NCBI GenBank assembly: GCA_965240325.2 | Contig: OZ251235.1 | Location: 992,001 to 1,056,000, forward strand | Length of the DNA: 64,000 nucleotides | Direction: 5' to 3' | Origin: Rebecca billardiae RCC1528 | Lineage: Eukaryota; Protista; Haptophyta | In this document: one piece after another, positions 21,959 to 31,500 of the stretch | How positions within the stretch are numbered: position 1 is the first letter of the stretch | Layout: every line of letters starts with the position of its first letter | Made by a program: the position numbers and the translations under genes | The notes under the pieces: generated by a model | The model's database searches: none | What the model saw: the letters and a program-made list of their open reading frames with translations, nothing else | What the model was told of the DNA's origin: nothing

Positions 21959-23470
21959 ATGGCGCTCACCGCGCGGCGCGAAAGCTCGGCGACCGCTCGC
22001 TTGTCGACAGCATCGGGGCTCGCCAGCCTGCCCGCCCCGGTCATCGCACGCATTCTGCTCGAGCTTGATCTGCTGCAAGACATTGCTACCGCCAACGCCA
22101 CGGCTCGCCTCTTCCGCGGCGCGCCCGGCAGTCACTCGCCGGTCGAGCACGCGCTGCGCAAGCGCGCTCGTGCGCGTGGGCACGAGCGCGCGCTGCCCAC
22201 CGAGCTGCCGGCGGGCGCGTGCACGTGGTCCGAGGAGCTGCTTGCACGCGAGCGCGTGCTTGAGCTGGCGCAGGCGCACGCGATGCGCGTGGCCGCTGGT
22301 GGCATGGCACTGTACTCTCACAGCCCACTGAGCGCGTTTGTGGACGCGGAGGGCGGGCTGCACACGTGCGGCGAGCGGTACGACCTTATGGGTGGGACGA
22401 GGAGCTGTGTTCGCCACCCGGCTCTTGGTCACGATTGTCTGGAGCTCCTCGATGCACTCGTCCCGACCCCCGTCGCCGCGCTCGCTGGGGTGCGCGTGCG
22501 TTCCGTGGCGGCTGGCAGCGAGCACGTGCTCGCTCTGAGCGAGGCAGGCACAGTGTACGCGTGCGGCGAGAACGACCGTGGCCAGCTCGGGCTGCGCGGC
22601 TGGAAGAGCAGCACGTTTGCGGAGGTGGGTGCGCTCGCAGAGGAGCTGGTCACGGTGATCGCCGCGTGCATGGACCACAGCCTTGCGCTGACCGCCGCTG
22701 GCTGTGCATACAGCTGGGGCTACAACTACCACGGCCAGCTCGGCCATGGCGACACGGAGCTGCGGTGGGTGCCGAAGCGCATCGAGGCGTTGGACGGCGT
22801 GCGTGTCGGCGGCCTCTCGGCTGGCATGCAACACAGCCTGCTGCTCTCAGCAGACGGGAAGGTGTTCTCGTGTGGCGACGCCTCCTTCGGCCAGCTCGGC
22901 CATGGCGACCAGCATAGTCAGCGCACGCCGAGGCGCATCGAGGCTCTCGCGGGCGTGCGCGCCGTGCACGTGAGCGCGGGCGGTCTGCACAGCCTGGTGG
23001 TGGATGCTGTCGGTGAGGTGCACGCCTTTGGGTATGGCGGCGCTGGCTGCCTTGGTGGCGGGAAAGAGGAGGCTCGCTGGTTCCCGGCGCGCATTGATGC
23101 CCTCGCGGGCGTGCGCGCCGTCCGCGCCAGCGCTGGCTGGGACTCCAGCGCGGTGCTGGGCGCGGACGGCAGCGTGCACACGTTCGGGCTCAATGACAGA
23201 GGCCAGCTGGGGCACGAGGGCGCCGGCGTCAGCCAGCTGCCCGCGCGTGTGCACGCGCTTGCGCACGCGCGTGTAACGAGCTGTTCGCTCGCCCGTACCC
23301 ATGGGCTGTACGCGACTGCGGATGGCGATGTGCACTCGTGCGGCCTGCACTCAGGAGCGCTTGGCCACGGCATGAGCGTGGCTGCCGAGGCGGGCGGGTC
23401 GCTGCGGACGCCTACGCGCATCGAGCAGCTGGCTCGTGTGGGCGCGCCGCCGACGCCGCCGCAAGCATAG
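21959..23470 (+). CDS. RCC1-repeat protein with N-terminal F-box-like segment (503 aa), intronless
   Basis: Repeats such as VYACGENDRGQLG, YSWGYNYHGQLGHGD..PKRIEAL, VSAGGLHSL; N-terminal LASLPAPVIARILLEL. Confidence 0.92.
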   Translation: MALTARRESSATARLSTASGLASLPAPVIARILLELDLLQDIATANATARLFRGAPGSHSPVEHALRKRARARGHERALPTELPAGACTWSEELLARERVLELAQAHAMRVAAGGMALYSHSPLSAFVDAEGGLHTCGERYDLMGGTRSCVRHPALGHDCLELLDALVPTPVAALAGVRVRSVAAGSEHVLALSEAGTVYACGENDRGQLGLRGWKSSTFAEVGALAEELVTVIAACMDHSLALTAAGCAYSWGYNYHGQLGHGDTELRWVPKRIEALDGVRVGGLSAGMQHSLLLSADGKVFSCGDASFGQLGHGDQHSQRTPRRIEALAGVRAVHVSAGGLHSLVVDAVGEVHAFGYGGAGCLGGGKEEARWFPARIDALAGVRAVRASAGWDSSAVLGADGSVHTFGLNDRGQLGHEGAGVSQLPARVHALAHARVTSCSLARTHGLYATADGDVHSCGLHSGALGHGMSVAAEAGGSLRTPTRIEQLARVGAPPTPPQA

Positions 23471-23541
23471 CCGAACACCGTCCAGTGTAACTACGCTTGT
23501 CTCTTGTGAATGTGGTACTACGGTTCCGCTCTACTCGGACT

Positions 23542-23599
23542 AATTCTATGCTTTTTAAAAGACACAGGCACGAGGGCGCAGCTCTCCTGATTCGTCTGT
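23542..23599 (-). repeat. Very short terminal fragment of the CATAGAATT-ending family
   Basis: AATTCTATG..TTTAAAAGACACAGGCACGAGGGCGCAGCTCTCCTGATTCGTCTGT matches the 9073 and 24576 copies. Confidence 0.85.
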
Positions 23600-23931
23600 A
23601 GTGGTACTGGTCGAAGCTTGCAGCAGTGGCAGTGGTGAGTGGACAGTGGTGTAGAGTGAGCACGTTGACGTTCAGGTCGCCATGGGCATGGTGGACGTCG
23701 TTGTTGTCGTCATCGACGTCGTCAGATGTATGGGTGCCAAATCAAAGGCGAGTGAGCATGTTGGCGTCGGCAAGGACTCGGTAATCTCGCCTGCCTGAGC
23801 TGTGAGCGTCTCTTATAATTAGTAAACTGTACAGTTTACTATGATTTAACGTGCACACTTGGTTAAGGCGTGATTAACGCCATCCAACACTGCACAAAGA
23901 CACCGCCACAAAACAGACCGGCGCAGGCAGG

Positions 23932-24540
23932 TATGGAGCGCTCGTTGGAACTTGACGCCGGTTTGGCGCCCGCGCGGCGAGGGCGACGACGGGCGTACAC
24001 GGGGCCTGCGGCGGCGGGAAGCGCGCGGGCGCGGCCGAGAACGGCACGGTCCGGACGCCTCTCGCCAGCCGCGGACGCGCACCGCGCCTCCTCCTCGCAC
24101 GCTGCTAACTTGATCCTAGTTGAACGGTGGTTTTGCTGCCGACCAGCTCAAGTTCCACGGCTGGTCAAGGTTCGGCTTGCGACCTCGCCGCTGGTGCTTG
24201 CAAGAAGGTACACGAGTTGGTCGAACTCCCACGCACCCGCTCTGCGCTCGTCGACGCCCTCTGAAGGTGACTCGGGGTGCATGCGGGGCAGTGGAATGCA
24301 GTGGTTCGGCGTTGCCTCTCAGTCGTCCAGCGCGCAGGCCATGTAGCGCGGGTGTGGTGCGCGCATGGCCCGGTAATTCGGTCGCGGCATGTCTGTCTGG
24401 GCTGCCCAAGGCCTGCCGCACCGCAAAGCGAGCGCTCAGGAGCGTGTGCCGACCGTGCCAGCCCCGCCGAGATGGGGCACTTCGCTGGGAAATGCGGTGT
24501 CAAGTTCCACCCCCGCTCAAGTTCCAACGAGCGCTCCATA
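23932..24540. mobile_element. MITE with perfect 24-bp inverted termini (including flanking TA)
   Basis: TATGGAGCGCTCGTTGGAACTTGA at 23932-23955 and its exact reverse complement at 24517-24540; internal TCAAGTTCCAC repeats. Confidence 0.85.
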
Positions 24541-24575
24541 GTACCTACAGGTCGCTGCTTCTGAACTTTCGGACC

Positions 24576-25678
24576 AATTCTATGATTTAAAGACACAGGC
24601 ACGAGGGCGCAGCTCTCCTGATTCGTCTGTCGAAGTACTGAATGGAGTTAATGGAGGATGTCGGAGCGCGTTGGCCGCGGGTGAGGGAGTCGTCGTAACC
24701 GATGCTGATCACACGGTCACTGAGGTAGTAGGCGCCCGGGGATGCCGCTGTTTTGCAGTCGTCGTCGGCCTTGGTCATCATGTAGTTGCCCGCGTCGTCG
24801 TCGTCCGAGGCTGTTCAAGTTGATGCCGTAGTGCAGGTAGTGGATGTGGTCGCCCGGGCCGGTGTGCGCGGCCTAGTGGCCTTGCCGAGTTGAGGGAGTA
24901 GTCGCCCTTGCCGTTGAGGAAGTCGTCGTCCTTGCCGTTGAGGAAGTCGTCGCCCTGGCCGCAGAGGAAGTCGTCGCCCTTGCCGTTGAGGAAGTCGTCG
25001 TCCTGGCCGCTGAGGGTGCCTGCGCTGCCCAACCGGGCGCGTCTGGCGCGCCAGCGCCGCGCGCGGCTCTACGCCAGCGACTGCGGCACGGCGGCAGCCA
25101 GGTCACGGGGGGGGTCGCCGAGGGACGCGGTGCGAGCCTGCTTGGCCGGCTTGGCGTCGCTCCCGCCAGCGGAGGAGGGCCCATCCTCCTCCGCCGGCGT
25201 GGACGGCTCGGTCGCCGCGCGCTTGCCGGCTGCCGCGGCGCCGGGGGGGAGGACCAGGCGGTAGTTGGACTCCCCGAGCGCCGGCCTGGCCTGTTGCACC
25301 TCGGGCCCGTCCGACGGCGCGGCCGCGGTTGGCGGCTGGGGTGGCGGGATGGCATCGTCCGAACCCTCCCCCTCGGGCTCCTCCGCCTCCGGGCCGGCGG
25401 GGTCCGCCGCCTGTTGGTCGGCCGGCTGAGGAGCAGGGCGGCGCGCAGCGGCGGGCGGGACCCGATTGGCGATTGCTCATTATTTTGCTGTTCACTTTTT
25501 GTGCACGATGGCGGCGGCGCCCCGGGGGTCTGCGGCGCTCGAGATCGCGTCTGGCGGCACCGCCCCCAGGGTGTGCCTGAGGTACAACCCAGCGCGGCTA
25601 TGTACCATTTAGACGACTTTGTTCCACTACCATGTGCCCCACGGACGCCACGAGGTCCACGACGGGGCCGCCGACGGC
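24576..25678 (-). mobile_element. ~1.1-kb non-autonomous retroelement-like insertion nested in the left end of the pogo-like element
   Basis: Splits the two left subterminal TTTCGGAC motifs; carries a frameshifted low-complexity ORF (MSNRQ...DPPRDLAAAVPQSLA*), the 24-bp minisatellite and the CATAGAATT terminus. Confidence 0.65.
24895..25014. repeat. 24-bp minisatellite, 5 units
   Basis: Same unit as 9395-9493. Confidence 0.9.
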
Positions 25679-26149
25679 ATGCTTCAACTTTCGCCTTTCG
25701 GACCCGCGGGCTCTCAGCGCGCGCGCCGAGTCAGAGCCGCTGCCTGGTGAGCCGTGTGAGTCGGGCTAACGGCATCATGCATGCTACATACATGCAGTAG
25801 ACCACCTCAGGAATGGACGAACATGCGCACGCATCACTCAGCTTCCGCGCCAGCCCCAGGCGGCAGCTGCTGCGGCTGCGCCGCCGCGGGCACCGTCGAC
25901 CACTTTCGGACCGCATGCTCTCAGCACGCACGCGGAGTCTGCTATACAGCAGCTGCGGCCTGGTAGGCCATTCGAGTCGGGCTGACGGCATCATACATTC
26001 CAGACATCACGTGCGTGTAGCAGCCAACCCCAGGGGCAGGTAAGCATGCTCACTAGGCCACTGTCGATGTCAGAGTCTCCAGACCCTGCGCCGCGGGCAC
26101 CGTCCGGCGTTCGCCGTCGCCGTCGACCGGGTGAACATTCGGACCGTGG

Positions 26150-26620
26150 GCCAGCACGCGCACGCGCTGCCTCCGCCTCCTTCTGCGCAGTTCGCGTGGC
26201 CTTCTTCTGGTTGAATTCCCGCAACGACCACGAGTCATTCTGGCCATCATTGAGCCGCACGTTGTCCGGCTTCGGCGCAGCGACCTCTACGGCGGGCACA
26301 GGAAGGATACTGAGCTGGTCGGCGAGCTCAGCCGCGTCGAACCTCACCGCCTCAGCCTAGCGCACGTCAACAAGTTCGGCCTCGTGCTGCTCACGCAGGC
26401 GCGCGAGCTTGGCGGCCTGGCGTGCCGACTACTGCTTGGCAAGCGCAACGTTGGCGCGGAAGGCTGGAGCAATCTTCCAGCGCATCCCCGCCGGCGTGGC
26501 TGTGAACACACTCAACTTCGACGATGCGAGCGCGACAGAGGGCTCGTTGTCGTCGGCCGAGCACGCAGCCGCGCGCCCCAACACCAGCGCATGGCAGCCG
26601 CCTTCTGGGCAACTACCGCG
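26150..26620 (-). pseudogene. Transposase C-terminal remnant with in-frame stops
   Basis: One frame reads FTATPAGMRWKIAPAFRANVALAKQ*SARQAAKLARLREQHEAELVDVR*AEAVRFDAAELADQLSILPVP..KPDNVRLNDGQNDSWSLRE with TAG stops; lies inside TA-flanked TIRs. Transposase identity is inferred from context. Confidence 0.5.
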
Positions 26621-27330
26621 CGCAATATCTTGTAGGTCTCCGCTTTCGCCTCAACCGAGTACGGCTTGACGCCCTTAGCCGCCTTCATCGAGGCGCTTGC
26701 GCTGGGCCCGGCCGGCGCGCACAGCGTCAGCGCGGGCGTACCGATCAGCGCAGCGCCTGAGCTGCGAGCGGCCGAGGACGATGCCAGCAGGCACCGCGAC
26801 CCGACTGGTGACGTATACTGACGGGCACGTCACCCCACGCGTCGACAGGCTGCTCAGCCCTGCCGCGGCGCGCCCGCCACGCACCCGCCGATGAGCGAGC
26901 CACTGTCGCCATCGCCCGGGTCCGAAAAAAGAAGCAGTCCGAAAAACGAAGCAGCGACCTGTAGTACTATCTCCGATAACGAACTCGTCATCAACGATTC
27001 TGACGAAAACACATGTTCATCACGTATGTGTCACGTAAGTTTGACTACGCGAATGCACAGCAGTAGTTCTGCATCAGATTCCTTGCCGATGCTGGAAAGC
27101 AGGCGTGCGGGCCGGAGGAAGCGGACGACAACGGGCCGTTCAGATGAGAAAATCAAATGCATTTACACCGCCACTAAAGGCCGCGGAGAACTTTCGAGCC
27201 CGTGATATTCGGCTGGTGAAATCATGAACAAGTCATTTAACGTATGACGCTCATTATTTTGACGAGCGGTGCATGCGCGAGAATACCCATATCAGATTGA
27301 TCAGAAAACGAAGCGGCGACCGAATCTAGG

Positions 27331-28251
27331 ATGGCGCTCATCCTTGCGGCCGGCGTTACGCTCGCGGCGGTGCGTCACGACCCGTCCATCGCACGGCGCT
27401 CGACTCTGACGAGCGGCGTGCAGGCGAGCAGCGTGCAGCGGCGGACACGCGTCGACATGAGCGCGTCGACCGATGACGAGCAGGCAGCGCGCTTGGAGTT
27501 GGACTACGAGCGCTACCGTGACCTATTCCGCACGCCGCTACACGAGGTGTGCGACGATGCGGCACAAGCCTCCGACGTCGTGCGCGTTGAAAACCTGCTC
27601 TCGGCGAAGGAGATCGAGCAGCTGCTCGAGCTTGCAGACTCGACGGCAGCCGACGATCCGTCCGTCGTCTTCGACCGGAGCGGCTGGTCCGGCGCGGCGG
27701 GGGAGGCGGAGCGCAAGCCACACTGGCAGGTTGTCTTCCTGCAGGCAAACCACGTGCTGCAGAACGAGCTGCCGCACATCACGCGCAAGCTGATCGAGGC
27801 GGCGCGGGCCGCGGACGCGCACGCGTGGAACGCAACGGGAGGGCTGCTCGACGAGCACATTGGCATCCGCTGCGCGGAGGTGCACACTCAGCAGCGCGGC
27901 GGGGGGCTGCCTGACCCCCAGCACCGCGACCATGGCTCTCTGCTGACGCTCGACCTGATGCTCTCGGAGGAGGGCGCGTTCGAGGGCGGCGAGTTCACCA
28001 CGTTCGACGCGGACGGGCGGCGGAAATCCCACGACTTTTCGCGCGGGAGCGCGCTCATCTTCCTCTCGCTCAAGCGGCACGGCGTGCGGCCGGTCGTGAG
28101 TGGCGTGCGGCGCGTGCTCGTCGTTGAGTTCTGGCAGGGCGTGGACGTGGCGCGGCCGGGCCGGGATGAGGGGCTCCGCTGGTATGGCCTCGAGCGCGCG
28201 GGGGCTCCGGGTGAGCCGGGCGCGGCTACGTGCCCGTGGCAGCAGCTCTAA
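27331..28251 (+). CDS. 2-oxoglutarate/Fe(II)-dependent dioxygenase (prolyl-4-hydroxylase-like), with targeting leader; 306 aa
   Basis: HxD motif QHRDHGSLLTLDLMLS, FEGGEF, distal His and Arg in KRHGVRPVVSGVRRVLVVEFW; RVENLLSAKEI N-terminal block. Confidence 0.9.
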   Translation: MALILAAGVTLAAVRHDPSIARRSTLTSGVQASSVQRRTRVDMSASTDDEQAARLELDYERYRDLFRTPLHEVCDDAAQASDVVRVENLLSAKEIEQLLELADSTAADDPSVVFDRSGWSGAAGEAERKPHWQVVFLQANHVLQNELPHITRKLIEAARAADAHAWNATGGLLDEHIGIRCAEVHTQQRGGGLPDPQHRDHGSLLTLDLMLSEEGAFEGGEFTTFDADGRRKSHDFSRGSALIFLSLKRHGVRPVVSGVRRVLVVEFWQGVDVARPGRDEGLRWYGLERAGAPGEPGAATCPWQQL

Positions 28252-28457
28252 GCTGCGACCTGCGCTGCTCATGTCATCATCATATCGTCTATATATTATC
28301 TTAATCTGCCGTGACGATATATGCGCGCGATATACGCATACTATAGCTCATATATACATATCATACCCGGACCGCGGTCGTCATGCGACGAGTTCCTCAA
28401 TACTACTTCCTGGGACTGGTCATCATCGTCGTGAGAATGTTGAGATCTCGCTCGCGT

Positions 28458-28512
28458 AATATATTCCCCTTTATAACGGGCTCCGGGTGATCAGGCTGGC
28501 GGCCGAAGCCTC
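28458..28512 (-). repeat. 50-bp 3'-end fragment of the SINE-like element at 35430-35728, inverted
   Basis: 28463-28512 is the reverse complement of 35667-35716 with 2 mismatches; AT-rich tail adjacent. Confidence 0.85.
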
Positions 28513-28582
28513 GTAGTCAACGGTACGCGCGTTCTGTTACGTAGGCTGCGCAGCTAGCTAGTAGTAGGCGCTGCTAGCGTCA

Positions 28583-31500
28583 TCAGAGATTACATTGGCA
28601 TTGACACTGCTGCGTGAGCTGCTTGTGGGGCGCCTCGGCCGGCCGCCCGACTAGACCAACCTCCTCCGGGCGCGCTGCTCGGCTGCGCATGCACGGGCCC
28701 GGGGCCGGGAGGCCGCGGCGCGGCGAGCATTCGCTCGACGATGCTTGCGCACCGCAGCTAGCGGCGGTGTCCGACGATGAGCGCTGCTGGCACAAACTCA
28801 AGGGCGGTTGTCCCGCGCCCTGCGCCTCCCCCGAGTCAGCGGCGTGTTGCACGGGTGACAGGCCGAGCGGTGGCAGGCGTGTGGCCTGCGGTGACGGCGG
28901 CGCATCGAGGGCTGCCCCACCGGCATCTGTGCGCGCAGCCGTCATCGGCAGAAACGCGTCGCAGGCGGTCCAGCCCCAGGGGGTACCGGACTGCGCATGC
29001 GCGGGGCTGGGAGGCCGCGCCGGCATCAGGACGCGCACGCTCGCGCCGCCGATCTCGTCGGTGAGCGCAGTGGACATGCGGCGCGAGCGCGCCTGCCTGC
29101 TGCGGCTGGCCGCGTCATCCGGCGTATCGGACGCTCGGCGCGAGCTCTGCTGCCGGCCACCCGGCGCATCCGAGCCGCGGCGCGAGCCCGACTGCCGGCT
29201 GACCGCCCCCACCGAGAGCTGAGTGTCCGCACGAGACGCGCCCCCCGGCGGAGTCGGCGCGGCCGTGCTCGAGCCGCTGTGCGATGGCGCGCGAGAGCGG
29301 CGCGTGACGCGCACATCGACCGTGCGGATGCCCTGCGCGGCCACCGCCACGTCGAGCTCTGGAAAGTGCGTGCGCACCACGCCGGCCACTGCCGTGGGCG
29401 CCTCTGGCCGCCACATGCACACGAACCTCGCCGCCGCGCCGAGCGCGAGCGCTGCGATCAGCATGAGGACGAGCTCCTGTGGGCCCTGCGCGGCGTCGGT
29501 CGCATCGAGGTCCTCCGCGCCGCCGATGAGAGCGTCGGCGGCGGTGACGATGGGCTCGCTGAACGCGGCGAGCACACCGATCAGCGCGAGCGAGCTGAGC
29601 GCGCCGAGCGCGCGCGCCCATTCGCCCCACGAGACCCCGCGGCGCGCGCGGCGCGCGCCGAGCAGCAGCTGCAGCTGCGCGCGCTCTGCGGCCGGATGCA
29701 CGCCGAGCTCTCGAAGGGAGCAGAGCACGCGCTCGAGCACCGGGAGTAACGACTCGGCGTCTGCGGCGGAGAGCGTGGCATGGGTGGCGGGCGTGGGGTC
29801 TCTGACTGCGATGAGCGCGTCTGCACCCGCAAGCAGCCGCGGGCGCGCCGCAGGCTGAGCCGGCCGTGGGCTGAGTTCGAGTGCAGGCTTCGTGACTGGC
29901 CGCAGAGCGGAGTCCGGCCCCGCCGTGGGCCTGCCAAGCGGCGCTGCGCACAGCCACGGCGCGGGCGCCTCCGCAGCGCCCGGCGCAGCTTCGCCCGCGC
30001 ACGCGCCCGGCCGCGCCACCAGCGCCGGCGCTGCCGAGGCACGCCGCTCAGAGCTGAGCCGCAGCTCGGCACACGCGTCCGCGCCCGCGGCGCCCGCAAA
30101 CTCGGCGCGGGCGCACGCGGCGATCTGACTGTCGCCAACGGGCAGGCACGCGCACCGCGGCCGCACCGGCTGCTGAGCAAGCCGCGGTGGCTCGCCCAAG
30201 ACGTGCGCGCGCTCCTGAGCTCGCGCGTACGGCGCCGCCAGGGGCTGCGCCGTACCGCCCGGTGGCGCACCCAGCGGCTCGCTGCCGCGGTGCCGCCGAT
30301 CAGAGCCGCCCGCTGCCCGCCGCAACGGCGAGCTCAGCACGCCGCCGCTCGCGTCGGCCGCGCGGCACCACGGCGCGCGCGGGCTGTGCCCATCCGCTTC
30401 CGCGGGCGATGGCTGCGCATGCGGCCTCGGCACGCACACACCGCCGCGTGGCCAAGGTAGCCCGCCCTCGAGCGTGCGGCCGGCTGCGAGCTCGGCGTGC
30501 TCGAGCCCAGCCGGCGAGCACGCGGACTCGCAGCCGAGACCTGGCCCCGCGCCCGCGCCGAGCGCGCGCGGGCGTGGGGATGGCAGGTCGGAGCCAGCAG
30601 GCCGGCTGCGCACGGCGATGGGCGCGAACTCGGCCACACCTGGGCGCGGCGAGTGCCACGGCTCGCTGCCGCGGCGAGGGCGCGACTCGCTGGCGGGTAC
30701 CGGCGGCAGCGGCAGCTGCCCCCCGCGCGGCGCACCCAGCACCAGAGCAACCCCTGCAGCGGTCGGCGCTGCAGGCTCAGGGCGCGCGCTGAGCGGGCGC
30801 AGCAGCAGCGCGCGCCGGCGTGGCGCGGGATGGTCCGCGCCGGCCGCGCGCGGCGAGAGGTATGGGGGCGCGCCCGGCGGGGGCAGCTGCGCGCCCGCGT
30901 GCGCCGCGGCCGGCCGAGGCCGCGTCGGCGGCGGTGGCGGCGGCAGCGGCGTGGCGTGCGGTCCGTCGCGAGCGTCCGCTGCCGGCGTGACTATTCCCCT
31001 GTCCGCGGCAGCGGGGTGGCACTTGGCTGTGCGCAGCTCTTCCGGTAGTTGCTCAAGAGCCTGGCTGAGCACGCGCGCGACGCGGCCCACGTCGCCAAGC
31101 GTGTCGTCGCCCGCGCGGATGTAGTCCTGGTAGAGCTCGCGCACCGCGTCGGCGAGCCCGTCGCCGCTCACGCCGCGCGCGGGCAGCCTGGCCTCGATAG
31201 CGGCATGCAGCGCTGCCAGCGGCGCGGGCTCGGCGCGCGCGCAGCACGTGGCCGCGGCTGGTCTCCAGGGGGCGCGCAGCAGCAGCAGCAGCAGCAGCAG
31301 CGCCCACAGCGGCGCGAGCGACCACTCCCACGGCGTGGCGCAGTGCGCGGCATCCGCGCCTTTGGCCAGGGCGAGCGCGCTCAGCGCCACGCCGACCAAG
31401 CCCGCGCCGATCAACCCTCGCAGCTGACCGACCGCGTCTGCGCCCGCGCGCGCGTCCAGCGCCGAGCGCAGCCCGTCGCGCTTGGCGCGGCCGCCATGCT

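Larger units (their letters stand above)
24548..26961 (-). mobile_element. Degenerate pogo/Tc1-mariner-type DNA transposon with a nested insertion
   Basis: TA|CAGGTCGCTGCTTC (24546-24561) and GAAGCAGCGACCTG|TA (26948-26963); paired TTTCGGAC subterminal motifs at both ends; decayed internal frame. Confidence 0.8.
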
